Origin: an uncultured Eubacteriales bacterium
GTDB taxonomy: Bacteria > Bacillota > Clostridia > Christensenellales > CAG-917
DNA: 64,000 nucleotides
Reading direction: 5' to 3'
NCBI GenBank assembly: GCA_900545885.1
Contig: URAF01000002.1
Location: 89,866 to 153,865 of the forward strand
In this document: positions 19,526 to 29,893 of the stretch, in pieces
Position numbering within the stretch: the first letter of the stretch is position 1
Layout: every line of letters starts with the position of its first letter
Notes under the pieces: model-generated
Told to the model about the DNA's origin: nothing
What the model saw: only the letters and a program-made list of their open reading frames with translations
Database searches by the model: none
Position numbers and translations under genes: made by a program

Positions 19526-20401
19526 ATGGCAAAACAAAAACCTTGCGCAGGGGTTGACGTCGTCGAATTCGATTATGCGGGCGACGGCGACGCCATGCAC
19601 AAACTCAATTTTTACCGTCCGCAGGGAAACGACGCGATACTCCCTCTGATCATCGACGTACACGGCGGCGCGTGGGTGTACGGTGACAAGGAACTGAACA
19701 AAAATTATTGCATGTACCTTGCGTCAAAAGGCTACGCCGTCGTCGGTATGAGTTACCGCCTTATGCCGCATACGGATTTGCGGGGACAGATAGGCGACGT
19801 TGCCGCGGCAATATCTTTTGTTGCCGACCGTGCGGAAAAACTTAAATTCGACCCTGACAAAGTCATGCTCACGGGCGACTCGGCGGGCGGGCATTTGTCG
19901 TCGCTTTTATGCTGTATATACAAAAGTCCCGCGCTTGCGGAGCTTTACGGGGTAAAGGTGCCGAAACTCGGCATAAGATGTCTTGTGCTCAGTCACGCCG
20001 TATGCGATGTGCACGAACTTGCGCTCAACGGTAATGGCAAGGTCAACAAGTTGTATTTCCCCCTGCAACGCAAGTTCGAAAGAATGATGTTCGGGCGCAG
20101 ACCGAAAAAATCGCCGTATTACGGCAAATCGTCTTTCGTCGAAGTCGCGAACGGGGTTGATTTGCCGCCGATTATGATTATCGGGTGCGAAAAAGACCAG
20201 TTTTTGCAGCACACGTACAGGCTGGACGCTTTTATGAAAAAACGCGGCGGCGAATACCTTTTCGATTTCGTATCGGCAAAGGACGGAGCGCGGCTCGGGC
20301 ACGTTTACAACATTCTGCGTCCCGAATGGCAGCAGTCGGTGAGAGTCAACGATTTGTCGCTCCGATTCTTTGACCGTTGTTGCAAAAACGCAGACCAATA
20401 A
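19526..20401 (+). CDS. Alpha/beta hydrolase (esterase/lipase, HSL-like)
   Basis: Oxyanion motif HGGAW and nucleophile elbow GDSAGG. The start is set at MAKQKP; the upstream part of the ORF begins at a GTG and looks non-native. Confidence 0.8.
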   Translation: MAKQKPCAGVDVVEFDYAGDGDAMHKLNFYRPQGNDAILPLIIDVHGGAWVYGDKELNKNYCMYLASKGYAVVGMSYRLMPHTDLRGQIGDVAAAISFVADRAEKLKFDPDKVMLTGDSAGGHLSSLLCCIYKSPALAELYGVKVPKLGIRCLVLSHAVCDVHELALNGNGKVNKLYFPLQRKFERMMFGRRPKKSPYYGKSSFVEVANGVDLPPIMIIGCEKDQFLQHTYRLDAFMKKRGGEYLFDFVSAKDGARLGHVYNILRPEWQQSVRVNDLSLRFFDRCCKNADQ

Positions 20402-20494
20402 GAGAGTATAGAAAATACCGAACAAGAGTTTCGTGCGCTCTTTGCAATAGGGCGGCAAACATAAAATCAAACCCAACGGTGTATTTATAACCTG

Positions 20495-22009
20495 ATGAAA
20501 AACTTTCTGATTAAACTCAGAGAATCTGCGGTGGCGGTAATCCCCGTGACCGTGTTGATTCTCATTTTGAATTTTGCGCTCGGAGGAATGCCGACATTGA
20601 GTCTGGCATCTTTTCTCGTGGGCGCGGTTCTTCTCGTAATCGGAATGACGTTGTATTCGCTCGGAAGTTCCGTGTCCATGGAACCGATGGGTGAGCATAT
20701 AGGGGCAAAAGTTACGGCAACGAACAAAGTTCCGCTTATTCTTTTTGTATGTTTTGTGGTCGGATTTATCGTGACTGTTGCAGAACCCGACCTTACAGTT
20801 CTTGCCACGCAGATTAATTCGATTCCGAATGCGGTGCTGATTGTCACCGTGGCTGTCGGCGTCGGTATATTTATGTTGCTTGCCGTGCTGAGAGTTTTCC
20901 TCAAAATCAAACTGAATTTTTTGCTGATTGCTCTTTACGGAATAGTTTTCGTTCTTGCGGCGTTTGTGCCGCAGGATTATTTGCCGCTTGCGTTCGACTC
21001 GGGCGGCGTAGCGACAGGTCCGATTACGGTGCCGTTCATACTTGCGCTCGGCGTAGGTATCGCAGGTGTCGCGGGCGGCTCGAAGTCGCAGGAAGACAGC
21101 TTCGGCATGGTCGGCATTTGTTCGGTAGGTCCGATTTTTGCCGTTCTTATTCTCGGATTGGCTTATCGTTCGGACGCTTATGCGGAAGTCGCCGCAGCAA
21201 CCGATTTTGCAACCTTCGGCGAAGTTTTGAAAGCGTACGTAAACGCGTTGCCTGTCTACCTCAAAGAGGTTGGCATTGCGCTCGCGCCGATTTTCGTTTT
21301 CTTTGTGATATTCCAGTTCATAATGCTGAAATTGCCGCTCAAAAGCCTTGCCCGTATTGCAGTAGGTGCGGTTTATACTTACATAGGACTTACGCTGTTC
21401 CTCACGGGCGTCAACGTCGGATTTATGCCTGCCGGTACGTTTATCGGCGGAGCGCTTGCGGAAGCGGGCAAGTGGCTTGTCGTGCCCGTCGGCGCCGTTG
21501 TCGGTGCTTTCCTCGTGCTTGCCGAACCCGCTGTACACGTTCTGATTTCACAGGTCGAAGCCATGACGGGCGGTGCCATTGCACGGAAAAATATGTTGTT
21601 CGTGCTCGTGATTTCGATGGCGGCTGCCGTGGCGCTCAGCATGATAAGAGTCGTGACGGGCGTTTCGATATGGTATTTTATCCTGCCCGTATACGTTATC
21701 GCTCTCGGGCTATCGTTCTTTGTGCCGAAGATATTCACGGCTATAGCTTTCGACTCCGGCGGAGTGGCGTCTGGACCTATGACGGCGACTTTTCTTTTGC
21801 CGTTTGCAATGGGGGCGACGTCAGCACTCGGCGGAAACATAATCACGGACGCATTCGGTATAATCGCGTTTGTCGCAATGACTCCGCTCATTGCCATTCA
21901 GATTATGGGGCTTGTGTTCAAAGTCAAAAAACATATCGCAAAACGCGAAGCGGAAGAATTCTATCGCAATATGCTTGCCGAAGAAGGCGAGATTATCGAC
22001 TTGGAGTAG
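20495..22009 (+). CDS. DUF1538-type polytopic membrane protein (putative transporter) with an internal duplication
   Basis: Two homologous halves each carry FDSGGVA(T/S)GP(I/M)T. There are about 12 hydrophobic helices. Confidence 0.75.
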   Translation: MKNFLIKLRESAVAVIPVTVLILILNFALGGMPTLSLASFLVGAVLLVIGMTLYSLGSSVSMEPMGEHIGAKVTATNKVPLILFVCFVVGFIVTVAEPDLTVLATQINSIPNAVLIVTVAVGVGIFMLLAVLRVFLKIKLNFLLIALYGIVFVLAAFVPQDYLPLAFDSGGVATGPITVPFILALGVGIAGVAGGSKSQEDSFGMVGICSVGPIFAVLILGLAYRSDAYAEVAAATDFATFGEVLKAYVNALPVYLKEVGIALAPIFVFFVIFQFIMLKLPLKSLARIAVGAVYTYIGLTLFLTGVNVGFMPAGTFIGGALAEAGKWLVVPVGAVVGAFLVLAEPAVHVLISQVEAMTGGAIARKNMLFVLVISMAAAVALSMIRVVTGVSIWYFILPVYVIALGLSFFVPKIFTAIAFDSGGVASGPMTATFLLPFAMGATSALGGNIITDAFGIIAFVAMTPLIAIQIMGLVFKVKKHIAKREAEEFYRNMLAEEGEIIDLE

Positions 22010-22012
22010 GGT

Positions 22013-22354
22013 ATGAAACTTAAACTCGTTGTGGTCATAGCCGACAAAAACAAAACGGAAAAAGTAATAAACGCACTTTGCGAATGCGGGGCGGCGTATC
22101 CTCACGCCGCACTCGGGACGGGTACCGCACCCACCGCGCTCAGCGAAGTGCTCGGCATAGGACAAACGGAAAAAGGCGTCGTGTTCTGTACGGCGGAAGA
22201 GGAAAAAGTTTCCGCGATTTTCGATTGTCTGAAAGAGAAGTTCGGGTTCGGGAGCAAGGGCGCCGGCGTAGCTTTCACGCTTCCCGTCGGAAGCGTCGGC
22301 GGACCCGCAACTCTCAACATTCTCACAAACGGAGCAAAGGAGAGAAAAATATGA
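22013..22354 (+). CDS. PII-like (GlnB-fold) signalling protein
   Basis: 113 aa with a beta-alpha-beta-beta-alpha-beta pattern (MKLKLVVVIADKNKTEKVINAL ... KGVVFCTAEEEKV). It starts 4 nt after the DUF1538 stop. Confidence 0.7.
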   Translation: MKLKLVVVIADKNKTEKVINALCECGAAYPHAALGTGTAPTALSEVLGIGQTEKGVVFCTAEEEKVSAIFDCLKEKFGFGSKGAGVAFTLPVGSVGGPATLNILTNGAKERKI

Positions 22355-22671
22355 GTTACAAACTGATTGTCACCATTGTAAACAGAGGTTTTTCAACGAC
22401 GGTTATGGACGCGGCGCGTGCCGCGGGAGCAACGGGCGGAACTTTGCTCAACGCAAGAGGCGCAGGTGCGCACGAGGCCGAAAAACTGTTCGGAATTGCC
22501 GTTCAGCCCGAAAAAGAAATGGTGTTCATTCTGGCGGAAGAAGGCAAATTCAAAGACATTATGAAATCCGTCATCGACAAAGCGGGGCTTAACACTCTCG
22601 GTGCGGGAATTTGTTTTTCTTTGCCTGTCGACGACGTTCTCGGCGTTGCTCTCGGTATCAACGAGGAATAA
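22351..22671 (+). CDS. PII-like (GlnB-fold) signalling protein, second paralogue
   Basis: MSYKLIVTIVNRGFSTTVMDAARAAGATGGT ... KEMVFILAEE. Its ATG overlaps the preceding stop (ATGA). GGAGAGAAAAAT RBS. Confidence 0.7.
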   Translation: MSYKLIVTIVNRGFSTTVMDAARAAGATGGTLLNARGAGAHEAEKLFGIAVQPEKEMVFILAEEGKFKDIMKSVIDKAGLNTLGAGICFSLPVDDVLGVALGINEE

Positions 22672-22846
22672 TCGGTCGGTAGTCGGCTGGGTTAAACGCG
22701 AACTCTCACGTTTGAAATGAGCAATGGAAAGCAATATCGTTCGGACTTGCGTCTGAACGAGAGGAATTTCAACATAAACGGAAACGGGAAACATAATTGA
22801 CGTTTTCGTTCTTGATTATAAATTATAAAAGTTATATACTGTCTGT

Positions 22847-23905
22847 ATGGCGGTTTCGAAAGCGGTGTTCGTCGACAATCCGAGCACGAACGTGTTCGTC
22901 AATCAGGGGGTGGAAGCCTCTCTTTTGGAGCGCGTTTCCGCAGGCGAAACCGTACTGTACGTCTGGACGAACGATTTTGCGGTCGTAATAGGTCGCAATC
23001 AGAATGCGTACGCGGAGTGCAAAGTCGAACTTCTCGAAAGCGACGGCGGACTACTTGCCCGAAGGTTGTCGGGCGGCGGCGCGGTTTTTCACGACAATGA
23101 CAACCTGAATTTTACTTTTATTTCAAAATCTTCCGATTTCGATAAAGAACGCAATTTCAACGTGGTGCAACGCGCGGTTGAAAGTTTCGGCATTTGTGTC
23201 GAACGCAACGGCAGAAACGACCTTACCGTAATCGGTGCGAAGTTCAGCGGCAACGCCTATTACACAAAAGGCGACTGCAAACTGCACCACGGCACTTTGC
23301 TTCTCGGGACTTCGAAAGAACGCGTTGCGAAATATCTCACTCCCGACCAGGACAAATTCACGGGCAAAGCGGTAAAAAGCGTGAGTTCGAGGGTGTGCGC
23401 GCTCGATACGTACAATTCGGAGATAAACCGCGAAAGTATGGTTGCGGCACTCGAAAAAGCCTTTGCGGAAGAATATGCCGAAGCCGAGTTTTGCAGGCTC
23501 GCGCCTTTTATGTTCGGCGCGGACATTGTGCTCAACTGGACGGGATTTTTCGGCGCGGACGAGTGGCGGTACGGAAAAAAAGAAGATTTCGATTTCAGAA
23601 TGAAAACGGAACTCTTCGGAAGACCCGCAGTCGTTGCGTTGCGGATAGAAAACGACGAAATCAAATCCGCCCGCATTTACACCGACGCTTTGGAGAGCGA
23701 AAAGGTTTGCGCGGTCGAAGAAACGCTTTGCGGCGTAAATCTCAAAGCGGCGGCGGAAGGCAGGATTGTTCGGTCGGGGACGGAAGAAAACGGCATTCAC
23801 GTTGAAGCCGACAAGACCGAAAACGGCGTTGAAGACTGTTCCGAAACAACGTCGGCAGCTTGTGCAATAGCCAGCGAAGCGGCAAAGGAGTGGTATGAAA
23901 ACTGA
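22847..23905 (+). CDS. lplA: Lipoate-protein ligase A
   Basis: The N-terminal catalytic domain has RRLSGGGAVFHDNDNLNFTFI and GAKFSGNAYY. A C-terminal accessory domain is present. Confidence 0.85.
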   Translation: MAVSKAVFVDNPSTNVFVNQGVEASLLERVSAGETVLYVWTNDFAVVIGRNQNAYAECKVELLESDGGLLARRLSGGGAVFHDNDNLNFTFISKSSDFDKERNFNVVQRAVESFGICVERNGRNDLTVIGAKFSGNAYYTKGDCKLHHGTLLLGTSKERVAKYLTPDQDKFTGKAVKSVSSRVCALDTYNSEINRESMVAALEKAFAEEYAEAEFCRLAPFMFGADIVLNWTGFFGADEWRYGKKEDFDFRMKTELFGRPAVVALRIENDEIKSARIYTDALESEKVCAVEETLCGVNLKAAAEGRIVRSGTEENGIHVEADKTENGVEDCSETTSAACAIASEAAKEWYEN

Positions 23906-25223
23906 CCTTGTTATACTAGGCGGCGGTCCTGCGGGATATACTGCGGCAATACGCGCGGCAAAATGCGGAATGAGCGTTGTGCTTGTCGAAAAGGACAACG
24001 TGGGCGGAACGTGTCTTAACCGCGGTTGCATTCCGACAAAATGTCTGCTGCATTCTTCCGAACTTTATTTTTCCCGTGACGAATGGGAAAGTCTGGGCGT
24101 TGTCGCAAGCGACGTAAAGTTTGACGAACAGGCGGTTTATGCAAGAAAAGAAAAGACGGTTGCGACTTTGCGCGACGGTATAGAAAGTCTGCTGAAAGCG
24201 GGTAAAGTCACACTTGTAAAGGGCACGGGCAAAATTATTTCCGCGCATTCCGTAGAAGCCGACGGAGAAGTTTTCGAGTGCGACAAAATGCTGATTGCAA
24301 CGGGTTCGCGCCCTGCGGTTCTCAACGTCAAAGGTGCGGAAAAAGCGTTGACGTCGGACGAAGTCCTTGCCCGTCCCGTGGACGGCAACGAAATCGTGAT
24401 TGTGGGCGGCGGCGTAATCGGTACGGAATTCGCAAGTTATTTTACCGACCTTGGCAAAGCGGTGACGGTGATTGAATATGCCGACCGCATTCTTCCCATG
24501 ATGAGCAAGGAAATCTCCGTTCAGTTGTCGTCCGTTCTGAAAAGGAAAAACGCGACAATCCGCACGTCGGCGCGCGTTACGGAAATCGGCGACGGATTTG
24601 TTCGCTTCGAGGACAAAAACGGCGAAAATACAGTCTGTTGCGACGCTGTTATTTGCGCGGCGGGCAGACTTCCGAACGTCGAAAATATCGGGTTTGAAAA
24701 CATAGGTTTGCAAACCGACCGTGCAATCGCGGTCGACGAAAATATGAGGACGGAAGTCCCCGACGTTTACGCCGCGGGCGACGTGGCGCAGGGCATACAA
24801 CTTGCGCATTATGCGGCGGCGGGGGCGTTGAAGGCAGTATGCGCAATGACGGGAAAGGGAACAGCTCCCGACTTGTCCGTCGTGCCGTCGCTTGTTTACA
24901 CGCAACCCGAAATCGCGGTTGTCGGTAAACTAGAAGGCGCGGCGAAGAGCGGCAAATTCCTGTTGGGTGCGAACGGCAAAAGTCTTATAAATGGCTCGAA
25001 CAGAGGGTTTATCAAAGTATATTGTGACGATAAAGACCGCGTTTTGGGTGCAGAGCTGTTCGGAAAGGGCGTTACGGAAATAGTCGGCGAACTTGCGCTT
25101 GCGATAAAAAACGGGCTTACGGCGGAGCAGGTAGCGGCAACAAATCACGCGCACCCCACAGTCTACGAAAGCGTTGCAGAGGCGTGCGAAGACGTGTTCG
25201 GGCTTGCAACCCACAAACGTTGA
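23895..25223 (+). CDS. lpd: Dihydrolipoyl dehydrogenase (E3 / L-protein)
   Basis: FAD motif GGGPAGY, redox-active disulfide GGTCLNRGCIPTK, NAD motif VGGGVIGTEF, and C-terminal HAHPT. Confidence 0.9.
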   Translation: MKTDLVILGGGPAGYTAAIRAAKCGMSVVLVEKDNVGGTCLNRGCIPTKCLLHSSELYFSRDEWESLGVVASDVKFDEQAVYARKEKTVATLRDGIESLLKAGKVTLVKGTGKIISAHSVEADGEVFECDKMLIATGSRPAVLNVKGAEKALTSDEVLARPVDGNEIVIVGGGVIGTEFASYFTDLGKAVTVIEYADRILPMMSKEISVQLSSVLKRKNATIRTSARVTEIGDGFVRFEDKNGENTVCCDAVICAAGRLPNVENIGFENIGLQTDRAIAVDENMRTEVPDVYAAGDVAQGIQLAHYAAAGALKAVCAMTGKGTAPDLSVVPSLVYTQPEIAVVGKLEGAAKSGKFLLGANGKSLINGSNRGFIKVYCDDKDRVLGAELFGKGVTEIVGELALAIKNGLTAEQVAATNHAHPTVYESVAEACEDVFGLATHKR

Positions 25224-25368
25224 CGGGCGAAAAACCCGATGTGTTTGCGACAGCGAAACGATTGTGAACTAGGCAATACGTTCTAAACAAACGACAAGAA
25301 AACTAGTCAATTCAAAACAATCCCGCGGGTTTCCCGACAATGTGGAAGTTTGCGGCAGGGAGGTCTGT

Positions 25369-26436
25369 ATGGCAAAGAAAACCGCGCTTTACGATACGCA
25401 CGTTGCGCTCGGCGGCAAGATTGTCGATTTTGCGGGGTATGCGCTCCCCGTGCAGTACAGCGGTATACTCGAAGAACACAAAGCCGTGCGTACCGCGGCG
25501 GGTATATTCGACGTGTCGCATATGGGTGAGTTTATGTTCAGGGGAGCAAACGCCGAAAGCGCGCTCAACGAATTGCTGACCAACGATATCCGCGGAATGT
25601 ACGACGGTCAGGTACGCTATTCCATTCTGCCCAACGAACGCGGGGGCGCGGTCGACGACGTTCTGATTTACCGTGAAAAAGCGGACAAGTTCTGGATGAT
25701 TGTCAACGGTGCAAACGTCGAGAAGGACGCCGCGTGGGTAAGAGCACATCTCAAAGGCGCGGAATTTTACGACTGGTCGGACGACGTTTCGCAGGTAGCG
25801 TTGCAGGGACCTGCCGCCGAAAGTATTTTGCGTACGCTTATCGACGAAAAATATATCCCGAAAAAGTATTATTCGTTCATACCCGACGTCAGTATCAAAG
25901 GAATCGACACGTGCGTTTCGCGTACGGGGTATACGGGCGAGGACGGATTTGAAATCTATTGCATGAACGCTGTCGTCGCGCAGCTTTACGATATGCTTAT
26001 GAATGCGGGGAAACCCTTCGGGCTCATTCCTTGCGGACTCGGCGCGCGTGACACTCTGCGACTCGAAGCGGGTATGCCTCTTTACGGGCACGAACTCGGC
26101 GAAGATATTCCCGTAAACGAAACTGGGCTCGGGTTTGCAATCAAAACGGCAAAAGAAAGTTTTGTCGGAAAAGACGCAATCCTTGCTCACGTCCCCGAAT
26201 ATGCGCGTGTAGGCGCAAGAGTAAAGGAACGGGGCATTGTGCGCGAACATTGCGATATATACTGCGGCGACGAACTCGTCGGCGTGTCTACTTCGGGTAC
26301 TCATTCGCCGACACTCGGTTACGGCATATGTATGTTGAGAATAAAACGGGCGTTTGTGGGCAGCGAACTGACAGCGGACGTACGCGGACGCAAAATCGCG
26401 CTCGAAACCGTTAATCTGCCTTTTTACAGACGGTAA
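25369..26436 (+). CDS. gcvT: Glycine cleavage system T protein (aminomethyltransferase)
   Basis: MAKKTALYDTHVALGGKIVDFAGYALPVQY ... EHKAVRTAAGIFDVSHMGEF. A GGGAGG RBS precedes the ATG at 25369. Confidence 0.92.
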   Translation: MAKKTALYDTHVALGGKIVDFAGYALPVQYSGILEEHKAVRTAAGIFDVSHMGEFMFRGANAESALNELLTNDIRGMYDGQVRYSILPNERGGAVDDVLIYREKADKFWMIVNGANVEKDAAWVRAHLKGAEFYDWSDDVSQVALQGPAAESILRTLIDEKYIPKKYYSFIPDVSIKGIDTCVSRTGYTGEDGFEIYCMNAVVAQLYDMLMNAGKPFGLIPCGLGARDTLRLEAGMPLYGHELGEDIPVNETGLGFAIKTAKESFVGKDAILAHVPEYARVGARVKERGIVREHCDIYCGDELVGVSTSGTHSPTLGYGICMLRIKRAFVGSELTADVRGRKIALETVNLPFYRR

Positions 26437-26578
26437 ATTTTGAGAGGTCTAGAAGTCAAAATCGTTTGGTAAAAAATATAATCTAAAAAACGAAATAACG
26501 CGGTCGGGGTGCCAAACAGGCGCAACGACAAACATATGCAGCACATCTGCAAACAAAATCCAACGAGAGGAGAAATTT

Positions 26579-26929
26579 ATGAAACAGTACACCAAAACGC
26601 ACGAATGGGTAGAAATCAGAGACGGATTCGCTTATGTGGGAATCAGTCAGTTCGCTGCCGACGAACTCGGTGAAGTCGTATACGTGTCCTTGCCCGAAGA
26701 AGGTCAGGAAGTCAATGCGGGCGAACCTTTTTGCGAAATAGAGTCCGTCAAAGCCGTTGCGGAAGTCAATTCTCCCGTTTGCGGAGTCGTACGCAAGGTC
26801 AACGAAACTCTCGCCGACGCTCCCGAAACCGTAAACCAAAACCCCGACGAATGGATTTGCGCCGTCGAATATACCGCACTTGCGGACAATCTTATGAGTG
26901 AAGCCGAGTATGCGGCTTCGTTGGAGTGA
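26579..26929 (+). CDS. gcvH: Glycine cleavage system H protein
   Basis: Lipoyl-lysine motif EIESVKAV, and an N-terminus of YTKTHEWV. Confidence 0.92.
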   Translation: MKQYTKTHEWVEIRDGFAYVGISQFAADELGEVVYVSLPEEGQEVNAGEPFCEIESVKAVAEVNSPVCGVVRKVNETLADAPETVNQNPDEWICAVEYTALADNLMSEAEYAASLE

Positions 26930-26931
26930 TT

Positions 26932-28239
26932 ATGTCCGATTATCTTTCCATAACTCCCGAACAGAAAGAGGAAATGCTTTCCGTCGTGGGGGTGAACTCG
27001 ACGTCCGAACTTTACAAGGACGTGCCCGAAGTTTTGCGCAAACGCAAAGTCGTGCTTGCCGACGGCAAAAGTCAGCAGGAAGTCTACGATATATTTGCGG
27101 AATTTGCGTCGCGCAACAAAGTTTACGACAGCGTTTTTCTCGGGGCGGGCAGTTATAACCACTACATACCGTCCGTTGTCAAAAGCATAACTTCGCGCGA
27201 AGAATTCGTGACGTCGTACACACCTTATCAGGCGGAAATGTCGCAGGGCATTTTGCAAGCGATATTCGAATATCAGACGATGATATGCGAACTCACGGGT
27301 ATGGACGTCAGCAACGCGTCGCACTATTCGGGCGCGACTGCGGCGGCGGAAGGTTGCATTATGTGCGCAGACAGAGTGAAGAAGGTCGTGACGTTCGACA
27401 ACGTCAACCCCGACACTCTCGACACTTTGCGTACGTATCTCACCGCACGCAATATTGAACTTACGGTCGTCCCCGCAGAGGGCGGCAAAGCCGTGTTGCC
27501 CGAAAATCCGATTGCGGGCGCGACGGTGTACTTCGAGTCGCCGAACTACTACGGACTGCTTGAAGACGCGGAAGAACTCATAAAGGCGGCAAAAGCCGCG
27601 AATTGCAAAGTCGTTATGGGGTGCAATCCGTTGTCGCTTGCGCTGTTCCGTTCTCCCGCCGAACTGGGCGCGGACGTAGCCGTGGGCGACGGACAGCCTT
27701 TCGGTATGCCTATGAGTTTCGGCGGACCGTATCTCGGTTATATGGCGGCAAAGAAAGAGTATATGCGTAAACTGCCGGGAAGAATTGTGGGCGAAACCAC
27801 GGACGCCGCGGGCGAACGTGCGTACGTTCTCACTTTGCAGGCGCGCGAACAGCATATACGCCGCGAAAAAGCGACATCCAACATCTGTTCCAACGAAGCG
27901 CTTTGCGCTCTTACAGCCGCGGTTTATCTCTCGGCTATGGGCAAAGAAGGCGTGAAAAACGTTGCCGTGACCTGCGCGTCAAACGCGCACTATCTTGCAG
28001 CAGAACTTGAAAAAGTCGGTGCGAAGAGGTTTTACGGCGGAGAGTTTTTCCACGAGTTCGTCACGATTACTCCGCACAAGGCGGCGGCAATCGTCCGTGC
28101 TCTCGACAAACAGAACATTCTCGGCGGACTTGTTCTCGACGAACACAGAATTCTGTGGTGCTGTACCGAAATGAACAAAAAAGCCGATATGGACAAGGTC
28201 GTCAAGGTTGTGGAGGAAGTGTATGCAAACGGTCTTTGA
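26932..28239 (+). CDS. gcvPA: Glycine dehydrogenase (decarboxylating) subunit 1
   Basis: FLGAGSYNHYIP and YTPYQAEMSQG motifs. The ATG at 26932 lies 5 nt after a GGAG. Confidence 0.92.
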   Translation: MSDYLSITPEQKEEMLSVVGVNSTSELYKDVPEVLRKRKVVLADGKSQQEVYDIFAEFASRNKVYDSVFLGAGSYNHYIPSVVKSITSREEFVTSYTPYQAEMSQGILQAIFEYQTMICELTGMDVSNASHYSGATAAAEGCIMCADRVKKVVTFDNVNPDTLDTLRTYLTARNIELTVVPAEGGKAVLPENPIAGATVYFESPNYYGLLEDAEELIKAAKAANCKVVMGCNPLSLALFRSPAELGADVAVGDGQPFGMPMSFGGPYLGYMAAKKEYMRKLPGRIVGETTDAAGERAYVLTLQAREQHIRREKATSNICSNEALCALTAAVYLSAMGKEGVKNVAVTCASNAHYLAAELEKVGAKRFYGGEFFHEFVTITPHKAAAIVRALDKQNILGGLVLDEHRILWCCTEMNKKADMDKVVKVVEEVYANGL

Positions 28240-29644
28240 GAAATCCGTAAAGGGTAAACAAGGCGTGACAATCGCGCCTCTGCAAGTCGAAAAATACGAG
28301 TTCGACGGCAAATATCTGCGTGAAGATTTGCGCCTTCCCGAACTTGCCGAAGTGGACGTAGTGCGCCATTACACCGCGCTTTCGAAACGTGCTTTCGGAG
28401 TGGACGACGGGTTCTATCCGTTGGGTTCGTGCACTATGAAATACAACCCCAAACTGCACGAAGAAATAGCCGCGCTGAAAGGATTTGCAAACGTGCACCC
28501 GTTGACGCGTGCCGACAGAGCGCAGGGTTCACTTGCCGTAATTGATACTTTAAACGCTTATCTTGCGGGAATTACGGGTATGGACGCAGTTACGCTTCAA
28601 CCCTGTGCGGGAGCGCACGGAGAGTATACGGCGTTGCTTCTGATAAGCAAATATCACAAGAGCAGAGGCGATTTCAAGCGCACCAAAATTCTGGTGCCAG
28701 ACAGCGCGCACGGAACAAATCCCGCGTCGGCGGCAATGGCGGGGTTCGAAGTCGTATCCGTCAAATCCGACAGCGAACAGGGCGTTGACCTCGACGACCT
28801 CAGACGACTGGTCGGCGACGACACCGCGGCGCTTATGCTCACCAATCCGACAACTCTCGGACTGTTCGAAAAGAACATTCTGGAAATTGCCGAAATCGTA
28901 CACGGCGCGGGCGGTCTTATGTATTACGACGGAGCAAACCTCAACGCAATTATGGGTGTTGTCCGCCCCGGCGATATGGGGTTCGACCTCGTTCACCTCA
29001 ACCTGCACAAGACCTTCTCCACGCCTCACGGCGGCGGCGGTCCCGGTTCGGGTCCCGTCGGTTGCAAGGCGGCGCTTGCTCCCTTCCTGCCCAATCCGCG
29101 CGTGATACGCACGGAAAGAGGGTTCCGCTACGGCAACGGAAAGAACTCCGTCGGCAAGGTCAGCGCGTTTTACGGCAACTTCGGCGTTTACGTCAAAGCC
29201 CTTGCGTACATTGTGACGCTCGGCGGAGTGGGATTGCGTGCCGCGTCGGAAACCGCCGTTCTCAACGCTAACTATCTGCGTGAAAAGATAAGCCGTTTTT
29301 ATCCCGTCGATACGTCGAGACCCTGTATGCACGAGTTCGTGGTGTCCATGAAGAAACTGAAAGACGAAACGGGCGTGTCCGCAATCGACGTCGCAAAAGC
29401 AATGATAGACCGCGGCATTCACCCGCCGACAATGTATTTCCCGCTCATTGTGGAAGAAGCGCTTATGTTCGAGCCTACGGAAACGGAAAGCAAGGAAACT
29501 CTTGACCGCGCGGCGGAAGTTTTCGGCGAAATCGTTGCGACTGCATACAGCGCGCCCGAAACTTTGCACGACGCACCCCATAATGCGGCAATCCGTCGTC
29601 CCGACGAAGTCAAAGCGGCGAGAAATCCCGTTGTCAGGGGATAG
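28223..29644 (+). CDS. gcvPB: Glycine dehydrogenase (decarboxylating) subunit 2
   Basis: PLP-lysine region HLNLHKTFSTPHGGGGPG. A GGAGG RBS precedes the ATG at 28223. It overlaps the gcvPA stop by 17 nt. Confidence 0.92.
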   Translation: MQTVFEKSVKGKQGVTIAPLQVEKYEFDGKYLREDLRLPELAEVDVVRHYTALSKRAFGVDDGFYPLGSCTMKYNPKLHEEIAALKGFANVHPLTRADRAQGSLAVIDTLNAYLAGITGMDAVTLQPCAGAHGEYTALLLISKYHKSRGDFKRTKILVPDSAHGTNPASAAMAGFEVVSVKSDSEQGVDLDDLRRLVGDDTAALMLTNPTTLGLFEKNILEIAEIVHGAGGLMYYDGANLNAIMGVVRPGDMGFDLVHLNLHKTFSTPHGGGGPGSGPVGCKAALAPFLPNPRVIRTERGFRYGNGKNSVGKVSAFYGNFGVYVKALAYIVTLGGVGLRAASETAVLNANYLREKISRFYPVDTSRPCMHEFVVSMKKLKDETGVSAIDVAKAMIDRGIHPPTMYFPLIVEEALMFEPTETESKETLDRAAEVFGEIVATAYSAPETLHDAPHNAAIRRPDEVKAARNPVVRG

Positions 29645-29833
29645 GGTAAAGGATAAGGTAAAAACGCAAAGTGAAATAATTTGAAGTGAGTGCGGTTGGC
29701 GGGTAACGCGATATTCGTACCCGATATGCTTGACAGCTATGGGTAACACCTACGCGCAACAGATATGCGTGTGCGATAACGTAATATACAAATCGAATTA
29801 TGCGTACACCGCACTCAAAAGTAAGGTCGTATA

Positions 29834-29862
29834 TTTACATACGGCGGTCGGTATGATATAAT
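29834..29862 (+). promoter_or_regulatory. Near-consensus sigma-A-type promoter
   Basis: TTTACA (29834-29839), a 17-nt spacer, then TATAAT (29857-29862). It sits 32 nt upstream of the small membrane protein gene. Confidence 0.45.
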
Positions 29863-29893
29863 TGATACGAAAAAAGCCTTAGGGAGGTTCAAT

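Noticed and set aside
25224-25368. Expected glycine riboswitch upstream of gcvT, and possibly in the 142-nt gcvT-gcvH gap (26437-26578) or upstream of lplA (22672-22846).
   Set aside because: I could not find the conserved GGAGAG ... ACCGAAGGGGCAA-type aptamer cores on either strand in any of these regions.
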